Source: Candidatus Eiseniibacteriota bacterium (lineage in GTDB: Bacteria; Eisenbacteria; RBG-16-71-46; CAVPCR01). Taken from it: a stretch of DNA of 64,000 nucleotides. A program made the translations under genes and the position numbers. Every line of letters begins with the position of its first letter. Positions within the stretch are counted from its first letter, which is position 1. Positions 40,081-51,939 of this stretch are shown here, one piece after another. The stretch spans positions 2,048,001 to 2,112,000 of the forward strand of contig CAWGMA010000001.1 of the NCBI GenBank assembly GCA_963823555.1. The letters run 5' to 3'. Under the pieces are notes generated by a model. The model had not been told where the DNA came from, did no database searches, and saw only the letters and a program-made list of their open reading frames with translations.

Positions 40081-41627
40081 GCTGCCGGACGCAATGGACC
40101 GCCCGGGGGCTTCTGCTCGAGATCCTTGGCGCCTGCTCGCTTCACACCGCCACCCATCTTGCCGGCTTCCTTCTCGCTGTACACAGGCAGGCGGATGAAC
40201 ATCTCGGCGCCTCCCGCGGCGTTGCCGGTCGCCACGATCGTGCCACCATGGTTGTGGACGATCCGGTAACAGACCGCGAGGCCGAACCCGTGACCGTTCG
40301 GCTTGGTGGTGAACCACGGTTCGAAGATGCGGTCGCGGATCGCGGGCGGGACACCAGGGCCGCCGTCGCGAACGCGAATCTCGATCCAGCCGCTGCGCGT
40401 CCGGGTCTCGACGCCGATCCAGCGCCCTGGAACCTCGGCCTCCGCCATCGCCTCGGCGGCGTTCTGGAACAGGTTGACGAGGACCTGATTGAACTGTGCG
40501 GCGTCGACATTCGCCTCGGGCTCGCCCGGGTCGAGATCGATGAGCCACTCGACGCCGTCGAAGCGGTTCTGCGGGCTCACGAATTCGACCATACGGCGCA
40601 CCAGCTCGTTCACCTGTTCCCGGCGGCGCTGGGCATCGCGATGCGAGAAGTCCATGAGCCCCTTGGTCAGGCGCGTCATGTCGGCTGCGCGCTCGAAGAT
40701 GATACGCGCGGCGCGCTTGGCGCGCTCGCCGTGCACCCCCTCCTGGTCCGTGAGGAGCATCTGGGCCCGGGCATTGATCACCTGCAGCACATTCGACAGC
40801 TCGTGCCCGATCTCGGCAGCCATCTCCCCCATGGCAGCCATGCGCTCGTTCCAGACCAGATGATCCTGCGCTGCCTTGAGCTCGATGTACCGCGCCGCCG
40901 CGTTGCGCACGAGGAGCATGGGTACGAAGAGAAGGAGCAGGCCAAGCGGTCCAACCGCCAGGTAGGAGAGCACCATGAGCGGCGACAGCAGGAAGAGAGC
41001 AAGGCTCGTCAGGAGATCATCGAAGTATCCGTAGTTCTGACGCCAGACGCGGAGCACGGGCTGGCCGTCCCAGAGCGCGACCACCGCCGCCACCAGGCCG
41101 GTATTGACCGCGAAGTAGACCGCTCCCGCGCTCACGAAGGGCACGAGCGAAGCCGGGCTGCGAAAGTCGATGAGGTGCGCCGGTCCCCCTCCCGCCAGGA
41201 CCTCGACCCAGCCCGCCGCGGCGATGGTGATCATCATCTGGGCCAGATTGAACAGACCGCGGAGGGGAGGGCGCCGCTGGATGGCGATCGTGGCGATGGC
41301 GGCAGCGACCGCCACCACCCATACCGCCTGATCCGGTCCGAGGATGAACAACGCCGCGTAGTTCATGGTCGAGGCCATGCTCGAAGTGGCTCGACCCGTC
41401 ACGGTCGGCAACCACAGCATCTCGGCGAGCACTGTGGCCACGAGCCAGATGAGAAGGGTCTCGACCCCCACCGGGGCCAGGACGACCGCACGGTGGCCCA
41501 AGGCGATCAAGGCCGCGACGAGAAAGACAGCGGCAATGAAGCCCTTCGCCACGCGCCGGGAGGGGGGGGGCGGTTCGGAGGGCGGCCAGGCCTGCGGGGC
41601 GCCCTGCGCCGTCCGCTCGTCGGTCAT
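40077..41627 (-). CDS. Membrane sensor histidine kinase (multi-TM input domain, HisKA, HATPase)
   Basis: About 8 TM helices; H-box IGHELSN; N-box NLFQNA; DGGPG; FTTK; GFGL. Confidence 0.9.
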   Translation of the reverse strand: MTDERTAQGAPQAWPPSEPPPPSRRVAKGFIAAVFLVAALIALGHRAVVLAPVGVETLLIWLVATVLAEMLWLPTVTGRATSSMASTMNYAALFILGPDQAVWVVAVAAAIATIAIQRRPPLRGLFNLAQMMITIAAAGWVEVLAGGGPAHLIDFRSPASLVPFVSAGAVYFAVNTGLVAAVVALWDGQPVLRVWRQNYGYFDDLLTSLALFLLSPLMVLSYLAVGPLGLLLLFVPMLLVRNAAARYIELKAAQDHLVWNERMAAMGEMAAEIGHELSNVLQVINARAQMLLTDQEGVHGERAKRAARIIFERAADMTRLTKGLMDFSHRDAQRRREQVNELVRRMVEFVSPQNRFDGVEWLIDLDPGEPEANVDAAQFNQVLVNLFQNAAEAMAEAEVPGRWIGVETRTRSGWIEIRVRDGGPGVPPAIRDRIFEPWFTTKPNGHGFGLAVCYRIVHNHGGTIVATGNAAGGAEMFIRLPVYSEKEAGKMGGGVKRAGAKDLEQKPPGGPLRPAA

Positions 41628-42361
41628 CGCCGGCGACCCCTCCCATCCTGCTTCCGGCCCCGCCCCTGGACCGGCTTGGACCGGCGAGCCCCACGCGTGG
41701 GCGCGGAGACCGCGGGACGACTGCCGGTGAGGAAATCGACAATGGCCGGGATGTCATCCATGACGCGGAACAGCGCGAGGTCCGACTGGCTGATCATGCC
41801 GCGCCGGGCCACTTCTTCATGCAGCCAGTCGACGAGTCCGCCCCAGTACCGGCTGTCATAGAGCACGATCGGCATGGGCTTGATGCGCTGGGTCTGCACC
41901 AGGGTGATCGACTCGAAGAACTCATCGAGCGTGCCGAACCCGCCGGGCAGGATGACGAAGGCCTCTGCATACTTGACGAACATCACCTTGCGCACGAAGA
42001 AGTAGCGGAAATCGATCGGCAGGGTGGCGTACGGATTCGGCTCCTGCTCGAGCGGCAGTTCGATGTTGAGCCCCACCGAGACGCCGCCGGCCTCGGCGGC
42101 TCCGCGGTTCGCCGCCTCCATGACGCCGGGGCCACCGCCGGTGATGACTGCGAACCCGCGCTCCGCCAGCCCCCGAGCCAGCTCGCGGGCCGCCCGGTAG
42201 TGAGGATGTCGCGCCGCGGTTCGGGCCGATCCAAAGATGGAGACGGCCCGCCCGACGCGCGCCATCTCCTCGAATCCCTCGGTGAACTCGGCGAGGATGC
42301 GGAAGAGCCGCCAGGTGTCTTCATGGGTGAAGTCGTCGATAAGGTACTGCCGCTCGATCAT
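41624..42361 (-). CDS. LOG-family (TIGR00730) nucleotide phosphoribohydrolase
   Basis: SIFGSAR, TGGGPGVMEAANRGA, YFFVRKVMF, PGGFGTLDE. Confidence 0.92.
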   Translation of the reverse strand: MIERQYLIDDFTHEDTWRLFRILAEFTEGFEEMARVGRAVSIFGSARTAARHPHYRAARELARGLAERGFAVITGGGPGVMEAANRGAAEAGGVSVGLNIELPLEQEPNPYATLPIDFRYFFVRKVMFVKYAEAFVILPGGFGTLDEFFESITLVQTQRIKPMPIVLYDSRYWGGLVDWLHEEVARRGMISQSDLALFRVMDDIPAIVDFLTGSRPAVSAPTRGARRSKPVQGRGRKQDGRGRRR

Positions 42362-42565
42362 CCCTCTCTCCTCATGGTCGCGGGGCGGTTTGCTCCCCGG
42401 GACCTGTGTCTCCGGCGAGAACACGGAGATCGGAGTCCCTCTGCATCAAGTTGAGACAAGGGCGACGGCGGCCGCCTCGGATGCTCTCCCGATCTCGTTT
42501 TCGGCCATTGGCCCCAGGACCCTTAAGCCTGGCGCGCCGTGGGGACGCCCGCGGCGTGCCAGAGC

Positions 42566-45701
<3,136 letters not shown>

Positions 45702-45709
45702 CCCCCGGC

Positions 45710-47152
45710 CTAGCTTTCGCGCCGGATGGGAGGCCCGATCTCGCAGCAGCCGGCCCCGATCTCCGCCTTCAAGATCTCGGTCTTCAGGAGGAAGCTACCC
45801 ACCGTGACCACTTCCTCCGCGGGGTGCACGCCGACGACGGCGATCCAGGAGGGATCGCTTCCTGATCGTCCCGCCCGGACGTGGCGCACCTCGTATTCAT
45901 CGGCGGCGTGGCGGACGAATACGAGATGGGCCCCCTTCACTTCCTGCAGAGCGTCGCGCGGCACCAGCACCGATTCGGCGTCCGATTCAATGAATATTCG
46001 CGCTCGCACGTAACTATTCGCCCGGAGCTGGCCGTTCGGGTTGGCGATGCGGGCGCGCGCGCGCGCGGTCCGGGTCGCCGGGTCGATGACAGGCGCGACA
46101 TAGCTCAGCACCGTCTCGAATCCGGCTCCGGCTTCCGGCCGTCCTGCTCCCGGCGCCTCGATCATCACGCGCTGGCCGGGAACGACATGGGCGGCATCGG
46201 ATTCCGGGACGTCGATCTCGAGCCACAGGACGGAGGTATCGATGATCTCGAAGAGCGTCTCCTCGGGGTCGACGAGCTTGCCGAGAACAGCGTCCCGGCG
46301 TGTCACGACACCGGAGATGGGAGCGAGGAGGGAATGTTGACCCTGGATGCCCGTCCCGGCATCGGCCAGCGCGAGCGCCGCCGTCAGGGCCTCGACCTCG
46401 GCCCGCGCCGCGGCCGACTCCTCCTCGGCCAGCTCGACGGCGCGGCGCGAGCTCACTCCCTTCTCGTGCATTGCGGTCTCGCGCCGGTAGGCGGCCTCGG
46501 CCACCGCGGCCCGGGAGCGCGCGGCGGCGAGACGCGAGACGTCGGCCGCGACTTCCGCGCTCTCGATCACGGCCAGGGCGGCGCCGCGCTTGACCCGGGT
46601 GCCGACGTCGGCCTTGATCTCGCGTACCACGCCGGCGGCGCGCACGTTGATGATGGCGGTGCGAGCCGGATCCGCCACCAGCACCGCGGTCGCCAGGATC
46701 GACTCGGGTCCGGCGGCGGGTGCGGCCCGCGCCGTTTCGAATCCCGCGGCCTCGGCTGCTCCCGGCACCTGCATGTGGACCCGCGATCCGTCCTCGGGTG
46801 GGCCTCCGCCCGGGGAGGATGCCGGCGCCGCCATCCCGGGCGGGGGCTGGATCCGGCCGGGGTGGCAGATCGGGCACACGGATTCGGGCAACCGATGCTC
46901 GGCGCACCAGTCGCCAGCATCCTTGAAGCCGGCGATCAGTTCCGGATTGCATAAAGTGCAGCTCGATTCGGGAACACCGTGTCCGGCACACCAATCGGCG
47001 GCGTCGCCGGCCATCGGCACAGGCTCCGCGGCATGCGCCGCGTGATCGTGTCCGGTCTCGCCGGCATCGCCGGCCGCGCCGCCTCGTTGCGACGATCGCT
47101 CGCAGGCGGCCAGGGCGACCACGAGAAAGAGCAGGAATACGCGTGTTCTCAT
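45710..47152 (-). CDS. CzcB/CusB-like RND periplasmic adaptor lipoprotein with N-terminal Cys/His motifs
   Basis: Lipobox LAAC; APISGVV, VIDPATRT, GSFLLKTEILK; two WCxxHxxPESxCxxC repeats. Confidence 0.88.
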   Translation of the reverse strand: MRTRVFLLFLVVALAACERSSQRGGAAGDAGETGHDHAAHAAEPVPMAGDAADWCAGHGVPESSCTLCNPELIAGFKDAGDWCAEHRLPESVCPICHPGRIQPPPGMAAPASSPGGGPPEDGSRVHMQVPGAAEAAGFETARAAPAAGPESILATAVLVADPARTAIINVRAAGVVREIKADVGTRVKRGAALAVIESAEVAADVSRLAAARSRAAVAEAAYRRETAMHEKGVSSRRAVELAEEESAAARAEVEALTAALALADAGTGIQGQHSLLAPISGVVTRRDAVLGKLVDPEETLFEIIDTSVLWLEIDVPESDAAHVVPGQRVMIEAPGAGRPEAGAGFETVLSYVAPVIDPATRTARARARIANPNGQLRANSYVRARIFIESDAESVLVPRDALQEVKGAHLVFVRHAADEYEVRHVRAGRSGSDPSWIAVVGVHPAEEVVTVGSFLLKTEILKAEIGAGCCEIGPPIRRES

Positions 47153-47249
47153 CCCAACGTCTCCTGTTTGGGGCTTTTTTGTGCTCGGTCATCGGACGCA
47201 GGTCGCAACCGATGACCATCGGCTCGATGTGGGGAGGAGCAGGAGAACG

Positions 47250-47633
47250 CTAAGAGCGGGGCGGACGGTCGGGCAGGACGGCGGGAGCCTCAGGGAAGGA
47301 GGCGCGGGTGGCCGGATGGGCCGTCGTGATCTGGGGCGCAAAGGCGTCGGGCAGACTGGGGAGCGCACCGCTCTGCAGCTGGGGCTGGCAACACGGGCGG
47401 GGGCAAGCGGTGCAGTCCTCTTCCGGGCAGCAGTCTCGATCCGATCCACGGTCCTCGCCGGTGGATAGCTGCACGCCGTGGTTCGCACCTGCCGGCCCGG
47501 GCGTGGAAGCGGGCTCGGCACCACTCACCGTCGCCGCCAGGACGATGACCGGAATCACCGCCAGGAGGGCCATCCGGACGAGCGGATCGGCACCGGGCAT
47601 CCAGGAGGAGCATGTGGGCTTGCGGCGAGGCAT
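47250..47633 (-). CDS. Small Cys-rich exported protein preceding the metal efflux genes (DUF2946-like)
   Basis: Hydrophobic N-terminal segment; DCCPEEDCTACPRPCC; C-terminal DRPPRS. Confidence 0.55.
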   Translation of the reverse strand: MPRRKPTCSSWMPGADPLVRMALLAVIPVIVLAATVSGAEPASTPGPAGANHGVQLSTGEDRGSDRDCCPEEDCTACPRPCCQPQLQSGALPSLPDAFAPQITTAHPATRASFPEAPAVLPDRPPRS

Positions 47634-47729
47634 GGGGAGATACTACCAGGGCATCCGTGGCTATCCAACCCCCTCGCCCCTACCCTCTCGGCCGCCCGCC
47701 CGGCGACATGGATGGCGCTGGCGGGTCTC

Positions 47730-47746
47730 CTGGCACCGGTCATGCA
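47730..47746 (+). promoter_or_regulatory. Putative sigma54 promoter
   Basis: CTGGCAC-CGGTC-ATGCA (GG-N10-GC), about 65 nt upstream of ATG 47811. Confidence 0.5.
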
Positions 47747-47810
47747 CGGGACAAGGGACTTTTGCGGGTCTACTGCCGCAGCCGCTCCCTATCCCTGGAG
47801 GAACCGCGTC

Positions 47811-48356
47811 ATGCCGAATACTCAGAACCCGCGGCGCCGCCGCCGCTTGCTGCTCATGGCCGCGGTCACGGTGGCCGTGATCGTGCTTGCCCTCACCACT
47901 CGCAAATCGCACGCCGACACTGCATCCGGCAGCGGCTATCAGGGGTGGGGGCCGGTCATCGGGGTCGGGGTGGATCCCGATCAGGTCCACTTCGGCCTCC
48001 GCTTCGACGCCGGCGAGATCTCCAACCGCCTCAATCTCCGTCCCGGAGTCGAGGCTGGCGTGGGCGACAGCCGCTTTCGCGGTTCGTTCTCGATCGACGC
48101 CCTCTACCATTTCCGCGATCAATGGGATGTCTGGCAGCCCTATGCCGGTGGCGGACTGAGCCTCGGTATCATCGACCGCAACCAATCCGATTCCCCACTT
48201 GGGGACAGCGGTGATGCCGAGGTCGAGCCTGGGCTCAACCTGATCGGCGGCGTTTCGAGGGAGTTGAAGAGCGGCAACCGCTTCCTGACCGAACTTCGCT
48301 TCGGCATCGGCGAGGCGCCGGATCTGGGCCTGGCCGTGGGCTGGATGTTCCGCTAG
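47811..48356 (+). CDS. Small outer-membrane beta-barrel protein
   Basis: GGAGG RBS; signal peptide; WQPYAGGGL; terminal VGWMFR. Confidence 0.75.
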   Translation: MPNTQNPRRRRRLLLMAAVTVAVIVLALTTRKSHADTASGSGYQGWGPVIGVGVDPDQVHFGLRFDAGEISNRLNLRPGVEAGVGDSRFRGSFSIDALYHFRDQWDVWQPYAGGGLSLGIIDRNQSDSPLGDSGDAEVEPGLNLIGGVSRELKSGNRFLTELRFGIGEAPDLGLAVGWMFR

Positions 48357-48373
48357 GCGAGACTTCGAAGAGG

Positions 48374-48574
48374 CTACAGGCGGTAGACGTCCCCGGCACG
48401 CGTATGCTCGACGATCGGCCGGCGGGTGCTGGATTCGGGGGCGGAGCTCACAGGCCTGGGCATCGGTCCGGCCACGCCAGGCGCTACCGGGGCGTGGCGG
48501 CGAGCAGGCATGATCCAGCCGAGGCAACGCTCCAGAAGGCTATGGGGCATCTCGGGCGAGCGATCGTCGACCAT
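48374..48574 (-). CDS. Possible small hypothetical protein
   Basis: GAGGAG RBS before ATG 48574 and a possible sigma54 element upstream; no family recognised. Confidence 0.35.
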   Translation of the reverse strand: MVDDRSPEMPHSLLERCLGWIMPARRHAPVAPGVAGPMPRPVSSAPESSTRRPIVEHTRAGDVYRL

Positions 48575-48655
48575 CGTCTTCTCCTCATGATGACGGGTGT
48601 GGATTCGATCGCGCTGACTATGCAAGTTTGATTCCGCAGAGGTTCATCTCCGCGG

Positions 48656-48700
48656 AACAAAGAAGATCGGGCCTCCGCCGCAAGGTGGAGGCCCGATCTT
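48656..48700 (-). terminator. Intrinsic terminator of the 2-oxoacid oxidoreductase operon
   Basis: AAGATCGGGCCTCCGCC-GCAA-GGTGGAGGCCCGATCTT hairpin followed by CTTTGTT on minus. Confidence 0.75.
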
Positions 48701-48734
48701 GCTTCACTCTGGGTCGTTACGGCCGACGCCAGGA

Positions 48735-49757
48735 CTACTCGACGGTCCAGGTCTCCGGCCCGCGAATCAGTTTCTCGAGATCGCCGGCACTCCGCGCCGA
48801 GACCTCATCGATCTGCTTGTGAATCGCTCGCCCGAGCGTGGGCAATTCCACCCGCCGGAAGACTCCGATCGGGAACGGAAACTCCGGCGGCACCATCCGG
48901 CTCAGGATGTACGCCACGGTCGCGTCCGGGTCATCCTCGTCATGCACCAGGAGATCGTCGGGCGGACTCCCCGGCGCGAACTCGACCACCTCGAGCCGCG
49001 TCCCCTTGAGCCGGATGCCCTTGTTCATCTCCTTGCCGAAGATGAGCGGCTTCCCGTGCTCGAGGGCGATCGTGCGGTCGTCGCGCACCGCCTTCTCGGT
49101 CATATCGAGGAAGGCGCCGTCGTTGAACACGTTGCAATTCTGCAAGATCTCGACGAAGGCCGAGCCCTCGTGACGAGCCACGTGAGTCAGCGTCTCCTTG
49201 AGATGCCCCGGGAACACATCGACCGTGCGCGCCACCATGGTGGCCTCGCAACCGAGCGCGAGCGAGATCGGGTTGAACGGCCGATCGAGCGAGCCGAAGG
49301 GGGTGGACTTGGTTCTCTGGCCCAACACCGAGGTCGGGGAATACTGCCCCTTGGTCAGCCCGTAGATGCGGTTGTTGAACATCAAGATCTTGAGATCGAT
49401 GTTCCGCCGCAGGGCGTGGATCAGGTGGTTGCCGCCGATCGAGAGCGCGTCTCCGTCACCCGTGGCAACCCAGACCTGGAGGTCGGGATTGGCGATCTTG
49501 ATACCGCTCGCGATGGCCGGCGCCCGCCCGTGGATGGTGTGGAAACCGTAGGTGTTCATGTAGTAGGGGAAGCGGCTCGAGCAGCCGATGCCCGAGATGA
49601 ACACGAACTTCTCGCGCGGAATCCCGAGTTCCGGGAGAACGGTCTGCACCGCCTTGAGAATCGAATAGTCCCCGCACCCGGGGCACCATCGCACCTCCTG
49701 GTCGGAGACAAAGTCCTTGCGGTTCAGTGGCTGGCTCGTCGCCGTCATCGTGCTCAT
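48735..49757 (-). CDS. korB: 2-oxoacid:ferredoxin oxidoreductase beta subunit
   Basis: WCPGCGD, SGIGCSSR, IHGRA, GDGDALSIGGNH, NNRIYGLTKGQYSPT. Confidence 0.93.
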   Translation of the reverse strand: MSTMTATSQPLNRKDFVSDQEVRWCPGCGDYSILKAVQTVLPELGIPREKFVFISGIGCSSRFPYYMNTYGFHTIHGRAPAIASGIKIANPDLQVWVATGDGDALSIGGNHLIHALRRNIDLKILMFNNRIYGLTKGQYSPTSVLGQRTKSTPFGSLDRPFNPISLALGCEATMVARTVDVFPGHLKETLTHVARHEGSAFVEILQNCNVFNDGAFLDMTEKAVRDDRTIALEHGKPLIFGKEMNKGIRLKGTRLEVVEFAPGSPPDDLLVHDEDDPDATVAYILSRMVPPEFPFPIGVFRRVELPTLGRAIHKQIDEVSARSAGDLEKLIRGPETWTVE

Positions 49758-51637
49758 GACCCCTTGCTCCCCACGGCGAGCACCTCGTCCGCTCGCTGCT
49801 TGATTTCCTTCACCTTGAACGGTCGGCCCTGGACCTTCGCGTAGCTCGCGATGTCGATGAGATAGCGAGCGCGGAGCAGGAAGGCCAGCTGACCCATGTT
49901 CATCTCCGGAACCAGGATCCGGTGATAACGCTTGAGCACCTCGAGCGTGTTGCGGGGCATCGGGTTCAGATAGTGGAAGTGAGCCCGCGCCACCTTCTTG
50001 CCCTCGCGCTGCAACTGCTCGAAAGCACCGACGATGGCGCCCTCGGTCGAGCCCCAGCCCAGAAGGAGCAGGTCTCCCTCGGCCGCTCCCTCCACTTCGA
50101 GGAGCGGGATGTCGTTGGCGATGCCGGCGACCTTGTCGGCCCTGAGATGCGTCATCTCCTCGTGATTGAGCGGATCGTAGCTCACGTTGCCGCTGCCGCT
50201 GTGGTGCTCGAGGCCACCGATGCGATGCTCGAGTCCGGGGGTGCCCGGCCGCACCCAAGGGCGCGCCAGGGTCTGCGGATCACGCTGGAACGGCAGGAAG
50301 CCCTCTCGATCCTCGCGGAACTGGACCTTGTACTCAGGGATGTCAGCCAGGTTGGGCACCTTCCACGGTTCGGCGCCATTGGCCAGGTAGCCGTCGGTGA
50401 GAAGAATGACCGGCGTCATGTACTTGGTGGCGAGGCGTCCGGCCTCGACCGCCATGTGGAAGCAATCGCCTGGCGTCGAGGCGGCCAGGACCGGCATCGG
50501 GGCCTCGCCGTGGCGACCGAACAGCGCCATCAGAAGATCGGATTGCTCGGTCTTGGTCGGCAACCCGGTCGACGGGCCGCCGCGCTGGACATTGACGATG
50601 ACGAGCGGCAACTCCGTGGTCACCGCGAGCCCCATGGTCTCCGCCTTGAGCGCCATTCCCGGTCCGGAGGTCGCCGTCGTGCCCAGGCAACCGGCAAACG
50701 AGGCGCCCAGCGCCGCGCCGATGGCCGCGATCTCGTCTTCGGCCTGATACGTGATGACACCCAGGTTCTTGAGGCGCGAGAGCTCGTGGAGCACGTCGGA
50801 GGCCGGCGTGATGGGGTAGCTGCCATAGAATATCTGCAGCCCGGCCTTGCGCGCCGCGGTGACGAGACCGAGCGCCAGCGCGTTGTTGCCGGAGATGTTG
50901 CGATAGGTGCCCGGCTCGAACCGCGCCGGGCGCACCTCGTAGGTGGTCTGGAAGAGCTCGGTCGAATGCGCGAAGTTGTAGCCCCCGTTCAAGGCCAGCT
51001 GATTGGCCTCGATGAGCTCCGGACGGCCGGCGAACTTGCGCTCGATCCAGCGCATGGTGGGATCGAGCGATCGATTGTAGAGCCAGTACATGATACCCAG
51101 AGCGTACAAGTTCTTGCAGCGATCGACCGCCTTCTGGCCCTCGGTCTGACGCAGCGTCGAGTTCTCGAGTGCGGTGCGTGTGAGCTTGGTCAACTCGACC
51201 TTGATCACGCGAAAGGCGTCGAGCGACTGATCCTCGAGCGGATTGGAGGTGTAGTGAGCGAGCTTGAGATCTTGATCGCGAAACGAATCGGTGTTGATGA
51301 CCAGGATGCCGTTCGGCTTGAGCTCTGGCAGGTTCACCTTCAATGCAGCGGGGTTCATGGCCACGAGCACATCCGCCTGATCACCAGGGGTGTGGATGTC
51401 GTGGTTGGAGAACCGGACCTGGAATCCGGACACACCCGGTAGCGAACCCGCCGGGGCGCGGATCTCGGCGGGAAAATCGGGGAACGTGGCGACATCGTTG
51501 CCGGCGATGACCGATGTCGCCGTGAACTGATCGCCGGTGAGCTGCATCCCATCGCCGGAATCGCCGGCGAAACGCACGGTGACGGTTTCGACTTCCTCGA
51601 CCCTGCGACCGGGGCGGGAAGTTAGCTCGATGCTCAT
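49754..51637 (-). CDS. korA: 2-oxoacid:ferredoxin oxidoreductase alpha subunit (fused gamma-alpha)
   Basis: FAGDSGDGMQLTG, YPITPAS, QAEDEIAA, TSGPG, QRGGPSTGLPTK, PEMNMGQL. Confidence 0.93.
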   Translation of the reverse strand: MSIELTSRPGRRVEEVETVTVRFAGDSGDGMQLTGDQFTATSVIAGNDVATFPDFPAEIRAPAGSLPGVSGFQVRFSNHDIHTPGDQADVLVAMNPAALKVNLPELKPNGILVINTDSFRDQDLKLAHYTSNPLEDQSLDAFRVIKVELTKLTRTALENSTLRQTEGQKAVDRCKNLYALGIMYWLYNRSLDPTMRWIERKFAGRPELIEANQLALNGGYNFAHSTELFQTTYEVRPARFEPGTYRNISGNNALALGLVTAARKAGLQIFYGSYPITPASDVLHELSRLKNLGVITYQAEDEIAAIGAALGASFAGCLGTTATSGPGMALKAETMGLAVTTELPLVIVNVQRGGPSTGLPTKTEQSDLLMALFGRHGEAPMPVLAASTPGDCFHMAVEAGRLATKYMTPVILLTDGYLANGAEPWKVPNLADIPEYKVQFREDREGFLPFQRDPQTLARPWVRPGTPGLEHRIGGLEHHSGSGNVSYDPLNHEEMTHLRADKVAGIANDIPLLEVEGAAEGDLLLLGWGSTEGAIVGAFEQLQREGKKVARAHFHYLNPMPRNTLEVLKRYHRILVPEMNMGQLAFLLRARYLIDIASYAKVQGRPFKVKEIKQRADEVLAVGSKGS

Positions 51638-51860
51638 GATCTCCTGATCCTCAAGCGTTGGGGAAACGCCTGCTCATCCCGACCGCTTCAGCGGGACCGG
51701 GCCGGGAACGGGGCAGGCATGGCCGCGACATCCGGGGCTCTCCCGAGGACTCGACCGCAAGCCACTCCTTCACGTTCTGATTGCGCCGGCACCCCAGGAG
51801 GTTCCCGGCGGGAGCCGGGTGAGACCGGCGGCGGCGCGGGGCAGGCGCCGTCCTCTCGGC

Positions 51861-51897
51861 AACAGAAGAAGGCGCCCGAGTTTATCACCCGGGCGCC
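51861..51897 (-). terminator. Intrinsic terminator hairpin
   Basis: Minus strand GGCGCCCGGG-TGATAAA-CTCGGGCGCC-TTCTTCTGTT after stop 51940. Confidence 0.55.
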
Positions 51898-51939
51898 GCT
51901 AAGTTCAACGTGCCGGCCGGGCGAGGCCCGACCTGGGTA

